A DNA stretch of 64,000 bases from Candidatus Rokuibacteriota bacterium (GTDB lineage: Bacteria > Methylomirabilota > Methylomirabilia > Rokubacteriales > DASRDR01), in the NCBI GenBank assembly GCA_044866005.1, contig JBIOTN010000223.1, positions 2,354 to 66,353 on the forward strand, read 5' to 3'. Within the stretch, counting starts at the first letter, position 1. Every line of letters begins with the position of its first letter. The translations under genes and the position numbers were made by a program. Positions 8,562-16,767 of this stretch are shown piece after piece. The notes below the pieces were generated by a model. That model had not been told where the DNA came from. It searched no databases and worked only from the letters and a program-made list of their open reading frames with translations.

Positions 8562-10271
8562 TCAGCGGCCCGCCCGCGCCCACTCGAGCAAGCCGGCGAG
8601 CGGGCGCGTGTTCACGACCTGGTCGGGCCCCACCCACGCCCGGCGGGCGGTGGCGACCCCCAGCGCGATGTTGTCGAGCTCCGAGAGGTAGTGGGTGTCC
8701 GTGTCCACGGAGAGGGTGAGGCCGAGGTCCCGCGCGCGTCGCGCGTGGACGTCCTTGAGGTCGAGCCGGTGGGGCGACGCGTTGATCTCCACCGCCTTTC
8801 CGTGCCGCTTCGCCGTGGCGAAGACCTCCTCCAGGTCGACGTCGTAGGGGTCCCGCGAGCCGAGCAGTCGTCCGGTCGGGTGCACGAGGATCCGGACGTG
8901 CGGGTTCTCGAGCGCGCGGCAGATCCGCCGGGTCATCTCGGGCCCGGCCTGCTTGAAGCGCGAGTGGACGGCGGCGAGCACCACGTCGAGCTCCGCGAGG
9001 ACGTCGTCCGGGAAGTCGAGCGACCCGTCGGCCAGGATGTCGCACTCCGAGCCCGCGAGGATCCGGATCCGATGGTTGGCCTGGAGCGCCCGGATCTGCC
9101 GGATCTGGTCGCGGACCTGCTCCGGCGTCAGCCCGCGCGCAATCGTCGCCGATCGCGAGTGGTCGGAGACGATGATGTACTCGTAGCCCCGCGTCTCCGC
9201 CGCGGCCACGAGAGCTTCCAGCGGGTGGTGGCCGTCGGACCACTCGGTGTGGGCGTGGAGGTCGCCGCGGATGTGGCCGAGCTCCAGGAGCGGGGGCAAC
9301 GTCCCCGCGAGCGCCGCCTCGATCTCGCCGGTGTCCTCGCGCAGCTCAGGCGGGATCCACGGCAGGCCAACCGCCGCATACACCTCCCCCTCGGTCGCCC
9401 CGGCGATCCGGCGGCCCGCCTCGTCGAAGACGCCGTACTCGCTGATCTTGAGCTTCCGCCGGACGGCCAGCTCGCGCAGCTTGACGTTGTGGTTCTTGGA
9501 GCCCGTGAAGTACTGGAGCGCGGCCCCGAAGGCCTCGGGCTCCACGACCCGCAGGTCCACCTGGATGTTCTCCCGGTGCTGGATCGAGGCCTTGGTCTCG
9601 CCGCGGGCCAGGACGCGGGCGACCGAGGGCAGGCGGACGAAGCGGTCGAGGACCGCCGCCGGCCGGTCCGACGTCGCCAGGATGTCGATGTCGCCCACCG
9701 TCTCGACGCGCCGGCGCAGCGAGCCCGCGACCTCGATGGCCCGCGACGCCGGCTCCCCGCGGAGGGCACGAACGAGGCTATCCGCCAGCGCGAGGGCCTT
9801 CCCGAGCGGCAGGCGCGCCTGACCGAGCTTCCAGGTCTCGATCCCGCGCAGGATGTTCTCGCACGTCTTCTGGCGGATGCCGGGGACCGTCAGGATCGTC
9901 CCGGCCCGGCAGGCCTGCTCCAGGCTCTCCACCGAGTCGATGCCGAGCCGCTCGTGGAGGAGCTTCGCCGTCCTCGGGCCGATGCCGGGCAGGCTCATGA
10001 GCTCGCGGACGCCCCGAGGCAGCCCCGTGCGCAGCTCCTCCACGTATCCCATGGTGCCGCGCTCCGCGTACTCGCGGATCTTGGCGGCGAGGTCCGCGCC
10101 GATCCCCGGGATCTTCTTCCCCGCCGCGAGGGCCTGGAGGATGTCCTCGCCGAGGCCTTCGAGCTGCTCGGCGGCCCGCCGGTACGCGCGGATGCGGAAG
10201 ACGTTCTCCTGGCGGATCTCGAGGAGGTCCGCGATCTCGTGGAAGAGCCCGGCGACCTCGAAGTTCCGCAT
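8562..10271 (-). CDS. polX: DNA polymerase X family protein with C-terminal PHP phosphoesterase domain (PolX)
   Basis: Start at the ATG 10269-10271 (MRNFEVAGLFHEIADLLEI...). PolX beta-like helix-hairpin-helix and palm: LPGIGADLAAKI, LPGIGPRTA, GSLRRRVETVGDIDIL. PHP domain: GDLHAHTEWSDGHH...YIIVSDHS. The 697-aa track ORF is over-extended. Confidence 0.85.
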   Translation of the reverse strand: MRNFEVAGLFHEIADLLEIRQENVFRIRAYRRAAEQLEGLGEDILQALAAGKKIPGIGADLAAKIREYAERGTMGYVEELRTGLPRGVRELMSLPGIGPRTAKLLHERLGIDSVESLEQACRAGTILTVPGIRQKTCENILRGIETWKLGQARLPLGKALALADSLVRALRGEPASRAIEVAGSLRRRVETVGDIDILATSDRPAAVLDRFVRLPSVARVLARGETKASIQHRENIQVDLRVVEPEAFGAALQYFTGSKNHNVKLRELAVRRKLKISEYGVFDEAGRRIAGATEGEVYAAVGLPWIPPELREDTGEIEAALAGTLPPLLELGHIRGDLHAHTEWSDGHHPLEALVAAAETRGYEYIIVSDHSRSATIARGLTPEQVRDQIRQIRALQANHRIRILAGSECDILADGSLDFPDDVLAELDVVLAAVHSRFKQAGPEMTRRICRALENPHVRILVHPTGRLLGSRDPYDVDLEEVFATAKRHGKAVEINASPHRLDLKDVHARRARDLGLTLSVDTDTHYLSELDNIALGVATARRAWVGPDQVVNTRPLAGLLEWARAGR

Positions 10272-10322
10272 GGGTCCATGATACCGGCGCGCCGCGCGCC
10301 GCGTTGACGGTTCGGCGCCCCC

Positions 10323-10730
10323 GTGGTAGTGCTCGAAGGCGTGACCGCGGACGGCGACGCCTTCATCCCCGCCTGGGCCTGGGTGCTGCTCGAGCCCTAC
10401 GTCGACAAGTGCCTCGACAGCCGGCGCGTCGTGGCGGCCTCGGCGCAGGAGACCCTCGCCGAGCTGGCGCGGCTCTGGCCCGACCTCTCGTGCACGCTCA
10501 TGGTCCAGGAGCCGTGGATGGGGACGATCCGCTTCAAGCGTCTGCTCCGGCTCCGTGGCGAGGAGATGCGGCCGTTTCTGGCGGCGCCCGAGGCGTTCCT
10601 CCGCGAGCGGTTCGGCGGCGGCAAGTTCAAGGTGAACTTCCACCACGGCCTGCACTTCGTCTCGACCAAGAACTTCAGGCCGGAGGGGCCGCCACGCTGG
10701 CGGGAGCTGCCGGAGCTCGACGAGGCGTGA
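10323..10730 (+). CDS. hypothetical protein
   Basis: 135-aa ORF with a GTG start at the PolX divergent junction and GC3-rich codon usage. No family recognised. Confidence 0.3.
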   Translation: MVVLEGVTADGDAFIPAWAWVLLEPYVDKCLDSRRVVAASAQETLAELARLWPDLSCTLMVQEPWMGTIRFKRLLRLRGEEMRPFLAAPEAFLRERFGGGKFKVNFHHGLHFVSTKNFRPEGPPRWRELPELDEA

Positions 10731-10760
10731 GAGCGGCGGCGCCGGGGCGCCGCGCGAGCG

Positions 10761-11316
10761 TCAGCCGGTCGTGGAGGCCGGGATCTCTTCCGCGCGGCGG
10801 ACGGCCTCGAGGATCTGCTCCGCCTCGTAGAGCCGGAAGCCGTCCGCCTGATAGATCAGGCGATAGCCGCTTTCCCGCCAGAGCGTTTCGTCGGTCGAGC
10901 TGAGGGGCTCGCGGCGCTCGCCGACGCGACGCTCCGCCTCGGCCGGCCACCCCGCCGGGTCGGGCTCCCCGGCGTGACGGTCGGGGATCACCTGGGCGCG
11001 GCCCTCGAACTGGTGTCGCATGAACGCGTAGAGCTCGGGTCGATCGCGGTCCACCACGATGAGCCAGCGAAACTGGGTCGCGACGAGCCAGTTCACCACA
11101 CGGGCGACGAAATACCCGCGCGTCTCGAGCGCGCCGTCCGGGCGCGCCCGCCGTTCTCCGGCCCGGCGGTCGGGGTACGCGTCGTCGGGCGCGCGGACGC
11201 GCCGGTCGCGCGTCCGGCGGTCCCAGATGACGCCGCCGATGGTGTCCTGGAGCTGCCGATAGATCCTGGTCTCTCCGCGACGGACGACGATGACGTAGCG
11301 TGAGCTCCGGCGCATA
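10761..11316 (-). CDS. hypothetical protein
   Basis: Own translation from the ATG 11314-11316: MRRSSRYVIVVRRGETRIYRQLQDTIGGVIWDRR...YRLIYQADGFRLYEAEQILEAVRRAEEIP. This is the C-terminal part of the 346-aa track ORF, taken from the internal M. No family recognised. Confidence 0.4.
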
Positions 11317-11561
11317 CCGGGTGGCGGATGAAGCACGTGGCGTGCCATCGCCGAGGGGCGCGGAAGCCCGCCCGCGCCGCGCCGATGGCGCCGCGTGCCG
11401 CCCCCCGAGGCCGGGCGCGGGCCGATCTTGACCGCGCGCATGGCCAAATCCCGACCATTTCCCAACTGAGAGACGGGCGGCGCGGCGCGCCGGCCGGGAC
11501 GGCTTGACGGCACCCGCGTCTTGGCTATGATGCCCGCAACGACCCCGGCGGAGGCGCCAGC

Positions 11562-11825
11562 ATGGCGGACGATTCGACCCGGAAGCTCCTCAAGGTCTTC
11601 GGCGTCGCGGTGACCGAGTGCGAGGATGCCCTCGCCGCCCTCACGGCGGCGCTCCGCGAGCCGTCCGGCGGCGGCCCGGCGCCGGTCGACGCGGTCGAGG
11701 CCTACGGCAAGGCGGCGCGCGAGCTGTCGGCGCGATGGAGCGAGGTGAGCCGCCTGATCCTCGACTACCACGTGCGCGCCCAGCAGGCCGTCGAACACCA
11801 CCTTCGCGCGCGCGGGTCGGCCTAG
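11562..11825 (+). CDS. hypothetical small protein
   Basis: 87 aa, ATG preceded by GGAGG. No family recognised. Confidence 0.3.
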   Translation: MADDSTRKLLKVFGVAVTECEDALAALTAALREPSGGGPAPVDAVEAYGKAARELSARWSEVSRLILDYHVRAQQAVEHHLRARGSA

Positions 11826-11826
11826 G

Positions 11827-11948
11827 ACATCGGGGGGGCCTCGGAAGACCCCCCCGATGCCCCCGTCGTTGCGGCGGCAAAGACGCCACTCGGAGTGGAA
11901 CGTCCCGAGCGTTGCGGTGCGCCGGCTTACTCCGACAGGCGCCTAGGT
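11827..11948. repeat. intergenic GC-rich palindromic repeat, family A (CATCGGGGGGG..TCGGAAGA..CCCCCCCGATG hairpin plus GTTGCGGCGGCAAAG module); near-identical inverted copy at 55388-55511
   Basis: Direct sequence comparison: the reverse complement of 55388-55511 matches 11827-11948 over ~120 bp with few mismatches. Core hairpin copies also occur at 32340-32380, 44270-44356, 45768-45848 and 56878-56950. Confidence 0.8.
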
Positions 11949-12083
11949 TTCTCGGGGGATCGGCGCACCCCGCGCCGTACAATGGGGGGGACGCTGGCGG
12001 CGCGCCCCCCGAACCGCGACCCGGCGCGCGTCGCCTCCCGGGTCGGGTCGGACAACGGCTGGGTCGCCGGGGAGGGCACTGGC

Positions 12084-12506
12084 ATGAGAGCTCGGCTCGT
12101 CACCTGGTTGCTCGTCGCCGTCACGCTGGCCCTGCTGGCGCCGACCGCCGGCCGCGCCGACGTCTCCGTCAACGTCAACATCGGCGCGCCGCCGCCGCCC
12201 GCCATCGTGGTACCGGCGCCGCCCGCGCTCGTGATCGTGCCGGGGGTGCCGACGGTCCAGTACGCTCCCGCGCTCCAGGTCGACCTCTTCTTCTTCGACC
12301 ACCGCTGGTACTACCCTCACGGCGGCTTCTGGTACGTGGGCCCCTCGTACAGGGGTCCCTGGCGGCCGATCGTGGTCGAGAAGCTGCCGCACGCGATCCT
12401 CGCCGTGCCGGTCAAGTACTACAAGGTGCCGCCGGGTCACTTGAAGAAGCTGGAGAGGGGCGGCCCCGGCGGCCCCGGGAAAGGCAAGGGCAAGGGACAC
12501 GACTGA
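12084..12506 (+). CDS. secreted protein of unknown function (signal peptide, Pro-rich, aromatic-rich C-terminal domain)
   Basis: ATG at 12084 preceded by GGAGGG; MRARLVTWLLVAVTLALLAPTAGRA signal peptide. The upstream part of the 11895 track ORF lies in the repeat and is spurious. Confidence 0.5.
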   Translation: MRARLVTWLLVAVTLALLAPTAGRADVSVNVNIGAPPPPAIVVPAPPALVIVPGVPTVQYAPALQVDLFFFDHRWYYPHGGFWYVGPSYRGPWRPIVVEKLPHAILAVPVKYYKVPPGHLKKLERGGPGGPGKGKGKGHD

Positions 12507-12537
12507 GCGCCGGGCACCGGCGACGAAAGGAGCGGAG

Positions 12538-12933
12538 ATGCTGCGGGAGCGGCTGCTCGAACCCCGGTGGCTCGTCTACCTCGTCGTCGCATGGGGCGTG
12601 ATGGTGGCGGCCGCTCCTCATCTGGCCGAGGCCGCGCCGCTGCCGCCGGCGCGGGCCGGGGACGCGAGCGGCGACCTCGAGACCGCGCGGGAGCTCCTCG
12701 AGCAGAAGATCGTCCGTGAGCGGCTCGGCGCGCTCGGCGTGTCGCCTGCCGACGTCGCAGCCGTGCTCGAGCGTCTGTCGCCGGCCGAGCGCGCGGAGCT
12801 CGCCGCCCGGGCCGACGAGCTCACCGCGGGCGGGGACAACGGCGTGACGTTCCTCGCCTTCGCCATCATCATCGGATTGCTCGTGATCCTCGTCCTCGAG
12901 CTCATGGGTCGGCGCGTCATCTCGCGGCCGTGA
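12538..12933 (+). CDS. small membrane-anchored protein of unknown function (N-terminal signal/TM, C-terminal TM)
   Basis: ATG preceded by AAGGAG. Hydrophobic N-terminus (WLVYLVVAWGVMVAAAP) and C-terminal TM (VTFLAFAIIIGLLVILVLELM). Confidence 0.45.
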   Translation: MLRERLLEPRWLVYLVVAWGVMVAAAPHLAEAAPLPPARAGDASGDLETARELLEQKIVRERLGALGVSPADVAAVLERLSPAERAELAARADELTAGGDNGVTFLAFAIIIGLLVILVLELMGRRVISRP

Positions 12934-12945
12934 CGGACGCGACGG

Positions 12946-13428
12946 ATGGCCGGGCGCGGGAGCCGGACCGGGTCGGGCAGGAGCGTCCTGGCCGCCGCGC
13001 TGCTCGCCGCCGGCTGTGCCGGCGCAGCGCCGGCCCCGTCGGCCGGCCCGGACGGGGGGACGCCGCCCGCCGCGGGTAGCGCGCCGCCGTCCGTCACCGC
13101 CCCCGCGCCGGCCGACGTCCCGCCGGCCCCCCCGCCGGTCTCGTCGGTCCCCCCGCCCCCGGCTGTCCCCGGGCCCGTGCCGGGCCCCGCCCCGGCGCCG
13201 GCGCTGGAAAGCGCGGAGGACCGCGCCCTGGCGGCGCGCGTCGAGCGCGCGCTCGCCACCGATCCGGCGCTCCGCGACGCGGTCATCGAGGCGGTCGTCC
13301 GCCAGGGGCAGGTGACGTTGAACGGAACGGTCCCGGGCTTCCGCGAGCGCGCGCGGGCGATCGAGGCGGCGCTCCGCGTCCCCGGCGTCCGGAGCGTCCG
13401 GCCGCGTCTCGTCATCCAGCAGCCGTGA
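12946..13428 (+). CDS. BON-domain lipoprotein
   Basis: Lipobox LLAAGC. Long Pro-rich linker. C-terminal BON domain: DRALAARVERALATDPALRDAVIEAVVRQGQVTLNGTVPGFRERARAIEAALRVPGVRSVRPRLVI. Confidence 0.6.
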   Translation: MAGRGSRTGSGRSVLAAALLAAGCAGAAPAPSAGPDGGTPPAAGSAPPSVTAPAPADVPPAPPPVSSVPPPPAVPGPVPGPAPAPALESAEDRALAARVERALATDPALRDAVIEAVVRQGQVTLNGTVPGFRERARAIEAALRVPGVRSVRPRLVIQQP

Positions 13429-14252
13429 CGGCGCGCACCCGACGCGACGCGAGCGGCGTCGACGTCGCGCTGCCCGAGCGCGCGTCCCGCATCGTCTCGC
13501 TGATCCCCAGCATCACCGAGCTCTTGTTCGCCCTCGACCTCGACGAGCGGATCGTCGGCGTCACGCGCTTCTGAACCGAGCCGCCGGCCCGGGTGGCCGC
13601 GAAGGCGAAAGTGGGGCGGGAGAAGGACCCCGACGTGGACCGGATCCGCGCGCTCGCGCCGGACCTCGTCGTCGCGAACGTCGAGGAAAACCGCCGAGAC
13701 GTCGTCGAGCGCCTCCGCGCGGCCGGGGTCCCGGTCTGGGTCACCTTCCCGCGGACGGTGCGGGAGGGGATCGCGCTCGTCCGCGAGCTCGGCGAAGTCA
13801 CGGGCACCGCCGCCCGCGCGGGCCCGCTCGCCGCCGATCTCACGGCGCGCTACGCGGCGACGGCGGAGGCGACGGCCGCGCGGCCGGCGGCCCGTGTGTT
13901 CTGTCCGATCTGGCGGGGTCCCTACATGACGATCAACCGCGACACCTACGTCGACGACATGCTCCGCGTCTGCGGCGGGGCGAACGTCTTCGCCGATCGG
14001 GCGGAGCGCTACCCGGCGGTCACGCTGGCCGAGGTGGCGGCCCGGGCGCCCGAGGTCATCCTGCTGCCGGACGAGCCGTACCGCTTCCGGGCGGCGCACC
14101 GGCGCGACTTCGAGCCCTATCCCGGGATCCCGGCCGTCGCGACGGGTCGCGTCCACCTCGTGGACGGGAAGCTCCTCTCCTGGTACGGGCCGCGGATCGC
14201 GGACGCGCTCGCGCGGCTTCCCGCGCTCCTGGGAGGGCCGCCGTCAGGGTGA
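13425..14252 (+). pseudogene. BtuF/TroA-like periplasmic binding protein (Peripla_BP_2, cobalamin/iron-siderophore type) interrupted by an in-frame TGA at 13572-13574
   Basis: GTG 13425 overlaps the stop of the BON gene (GTGA). N-terminal 49 codons give RIVSLIPSITELLFALDLDERIVGVTRF, then TGA, then TEPPARVAAKAKVGREKDPDVDRIRALAPDLVVANVEE... The reading frame continues across the TGA. The TGA sits where related proteins usually have the Cys of a CDYP-like motif. No signal peptide is evident. Confidence 0.5.
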
Positions 14253-14918
14253 GGGCGCGCCCGCGCCGGAGGCCAGCCCGGAGGCGGGCGGCGGCGGGCC
14301 GCTCCGCGTCGCGGGCTTCGGCGCGACGAGCTCGTCCCGCTTCGTCCGGAGCCGGTTGACGAGCTCGGCGTAGGACGAGTTGCGGATGATGCGGTCGAAC
14401 TGTGTCCGGTAGTTCGCGATGAAGCTGATGTGCTCCACCACGACGTCGTAGATCCGCCACCGGTCCCCGCGCTTGAGCATCCGCGCCTCGACGGGCACCT
14501 CCGTGCCCTTCCTGGTCAGGAGCGCGGCGCGCACCACGGCGAAGTCGCCCTCGATGGACTCGCCGGTATACCGGACGCGCTCGCCGCCGTAGAGGTCGAT
14601 CTTGCTGACGTACGTCCGCTCGAGCAGGTCGACGAACAGCTGGACGAATTCCGCCTGCTCCTCGGGCGTGCGGCCCGGCCAGTGGCGGCCCAGCGCTCGC
14701 CGGGCCGCTTCGGGCGCGTCGAACACCTCGATCGCCAGCTTCCGCACGGTCGCACGCTTGTCGGCCTGCGCGAGGGCCGGGTCCTCGAGGGTCCGGAGGA
14801 TCTGCTCGGTGTACTGCCGCACCTCCTCGGTCGGGCTGCCGGCCCAGGCGGGCGCGCCGGCCGCGAGCGAGAGGGCGACCAGGATCGCGGCGCCGGCGGG
14901 GGAACGTCGTCGCTTCAT
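14244..14918 (-). CDS. mlaC: MlaC/Ttg2D-family phospholipid-binding periplasmic protein
   Basis: Start at the ATG 14916-14918 (MKRRRSPAGAAILVALSLAAGAPAWA) with GGAGGA 7 nt upstream. Tgt2/MlaC motifs: YTEQILRTLEDP, ELVNRLRTKRDE. Confidence 0.75.
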   Translation of the reverse strand: MKRRRSPAGAAILVALSLAAGAPAWAGSPTEEVRQYTEQILRTLEDPALAQADKRATVRKLAIEVFDAPEAARRALGRHWPGRTPEEQAEFVQLFVDLLERTYVSKIDLYGGERVRYTGESIEGDFAVVRAALLTRKGTEVPVEARMLKRGDRWRIYDVVVEHISFIANYRTQFDRIIRNSSYAELVNRLRTKRDELVAPKPATRSGPPPPASGLASGAGAPSP

Positions 14919-14937
14919 CGCTACGTCCTCCATGCCT

Positions 14938-15531
14938 TCATTGTACCGGCGCGGAGGCGTGCGGGCGCGAGCCCCGGCGGCGACGGGTCGGCCGGAGGTG
15001 CCGGGGCCGCGCGCGCGCGACACGATCGAGGCGGGCGGGCCCGGGCGGCCGCAGCTCGAGGACCAGCTCGACCTCGACCGGCATGCCGCCGGCGAGGCCG
15101 CGGGCCGGCCGGAGCCAGACGAGGGGCGGACGCGCCGCGCCGAAGGCGCGGGCGAGCAGGGCCCGGGCGCCGCCGGTCAGCGAGGGGGTGAGGGCGCCCG
15201 GCGCGGCGTCGACGAAGCAGGTGACGGCCACGCAGCGCCGGACTCGCGCGAGCGAGCCGACGGTCGCCCGGGCCGCGGCGAGGGCGTTCCAGGTCGCCAG
15301 GCGCGCCGCCGCGCGCGCCTGGCGCAGCGTCAGGTCGGCGCCGACGCGCCCCCGGTAGACGAGCCGGCCGCGCGCTTCCGGGTCCTGCCCGGAGACGAAG
15401 AGGAGACCGCCCGCCGCCACGGCGGGCACGTATTGCGCCGTGGGACGGGGCGCTCGCGGTAGCGCGAGGCGCTCGCGGCTCCCGGCTGCGGATCGAGCCC
15501 GCCGGCCGGGCAGAGTGCCTCGCGCGGCCAA
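14938..15531 (-). CDS. RidA/YjgF/TdcF family protein (start uncertain, likely downstream of 15531)
   Basis: AVAAGGLLFVSGQ...GADLTLRQARAAARLATWNALAAARATVGSLARVRRCVAVTCFVD...PVEVELVLEL matches the RidA fold. Tandem paralogue of 15558-16121. Confidence 0.6.
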   Translation of the reverse strand: MAARGTLPGRRARSAAGSRERLALPRAPRPTAQYVPAVAAGGLLFVSGQDPEARGRLVYRGRVGADLTLRQARAAARLATWNALAAARATVGSLARVRRCVAVTCFVDAAPGALTPSLTGGARALLARAFGAARPPLVWLRPARGLAGGMPVEVELVLELRPPGPARLDRVARARPRHLRPTRRRRGSRPHASAPVQ

Positions 15532-15557
15532 AGGGGGGGCGAGGCCCCTCCGATCGA

Positions 15558-16121
15558 CTAGCGTCGGCGCCGGGCGCGGGTCCGGCGGACCGGGCCGCCG
15601 CGCCGCCGCGCCTTCGACCCCCGCGCCGCCGCGGCCGCGCGGGCGCGGCTCTCGCCGGCGCCGTCGGCGACCTCCAGGATCATCTCGATCTCGACCGCGA
15701 TGCCGAATGGCAGCTCGGCCATGCCCACGGCCGACCGGGCGTGCCGGCCGGCCTCGCCGAAGACGTCGACCATCAGGTCCGAGAAGCCGTTGATGACCTT
15801 CGGCTGGTCGCCGAACCCGTCGGCGGAGTTGACCATGCCGAGGACCTTCACGACCCGCTTGACCCGGTCCAGGTTGCCGAGCGCCTCGCGGGTCGAGGCC
15901 AGGAGGTTCAGGCCGACGAGCCGGGCCGCCTGCGCGCCCTCTTCCACCGAGAGGTCGCGCCCCACCTTGCCGACGAAGGCCATGCGCCCGTTTTTCTGGG
16001 GCCCGTGGCCCGCGAGGAAGAGCAGGTTGCCGACACGCACGGAGCGCACGTAGTTCGCCATCGGGGTGGGGACGGCGGGTAGCTCGATCCCGAGCTCTTT
16101 CAGCCTGGCCTCTGCGCCCAT
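15558..16121 (-). CDS. RidA/YjgF family protein
   Basis: Start at the ATG 16119-16121 (MGAEARLKELGIELPAVPTPMANYVRSVRVGNLLFLAGHG...) with AGGAGG upstream. RidA motifs through AVEIEMILEV; unusual Arg-rich C-terminal tail. Confidence 0.7.
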   Translation of the reverse strand: MGAEARLKELGIELPAVPTPMANYVRSVRVGNLLFLAGHGPQKNGRMAFVGKVGRDLSVEEGAQAARLVGLNLLASTREALGNLDRVKRVVKVLGMVNSADGFGDQPKVINGFSDLMVDVFGEAGRHARSAVGMAELPFGIAVEIEMILEVADGAGESRARAAAAARGSKARRRGGPVRRTRARRRR

Positions 16122-16218
16122 GGGTGTCCTCCTGGCGGTTCTGGCGGGGTGGGAGGTCCCGGTTGTGACGGCGGTCATCATCCTAGGAGTGCCCCGCGGG
16201 GCTGTCAAGGCGCCTGCG

Positions 16219-16767
16219 TCACACCGGCGCGGCGGGATCGGGGTAGGTGAGGCTCGTGCCCTCCACGCGGGCGAATGGGGTGAGGGTGTGCAGGCGCGAC
16301 GAGCGCGGGCCCATCAGGTGGCGCACCTCGACGCCGCGGATCGCGAGGGCGTCGGCGATCAGCGATCGATGACAGCGCCAGGGGACGGCCTCGGTGCAGG
16401 CGATTGCGGTCGGGGTGGCGGCGGCCAGCGCGAGCAGCTCCGCGAGCCCGGCGGTGAAGGCGGGCGTCGCCATGTAGTCCGCGTAGCCCCGGAAGGAGAG
16501 GTTCCGCCAGCCGGTGTTCGGCGAGTCCGGGCGCGGCTTCCGGAACCCGCCGAGCGCGGGGAGATGATGGTAGCGGATTCCGTGGGCGGGGAGCGCGGCC
16601 GCGACGGCCTCGCGGTTCCACTGCGGCGTGTGGCGCGAGCGGGGCACCGTGCGGACGTCGACCAGGAGCTCGACGCCCTCGGGGCGGAGGACGGCGAGGA
16701 AGTCGTCCACCGTCCGCGTCGAGAAGCCGACCGTGTGGAGAACCGCGGGCGCGGCTCCCCGCGTCAG
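16219..16767 (-). CDS. DUF488 family protein
   Basis: LHTVGFSTRTVDDFLAVLRPEGVELLVDVRTVPRSRHTPQWNREAVAAALPAHGIRYHHLPALGG matches the DUF488 consensus (TiGHStr...F...L....I..lvDVR..P.S). No canonical ATG/GTG/TTG lies at the expected N-terminus; the start is placed at a CTG immediately after the upstream gene's stop and is uncertain. Confidence 0.5.
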   Translation of the reverse strand: MTRGAAPAVLHTVGFSTRTVDDFLAVLRPEGVELLVDVRTVPRSRHTPQWNREAVAAALPAHGIRYHHLPALGGFRKPRPDSPNTGWRNLSFRGYADYMATPAFTAGLAELLALAAATPTAIACTEAVPWRCHRSLIADALAIRGVEVRHLMGPRSSRLHTLTPFARVEGTSLTYPDPAAPV

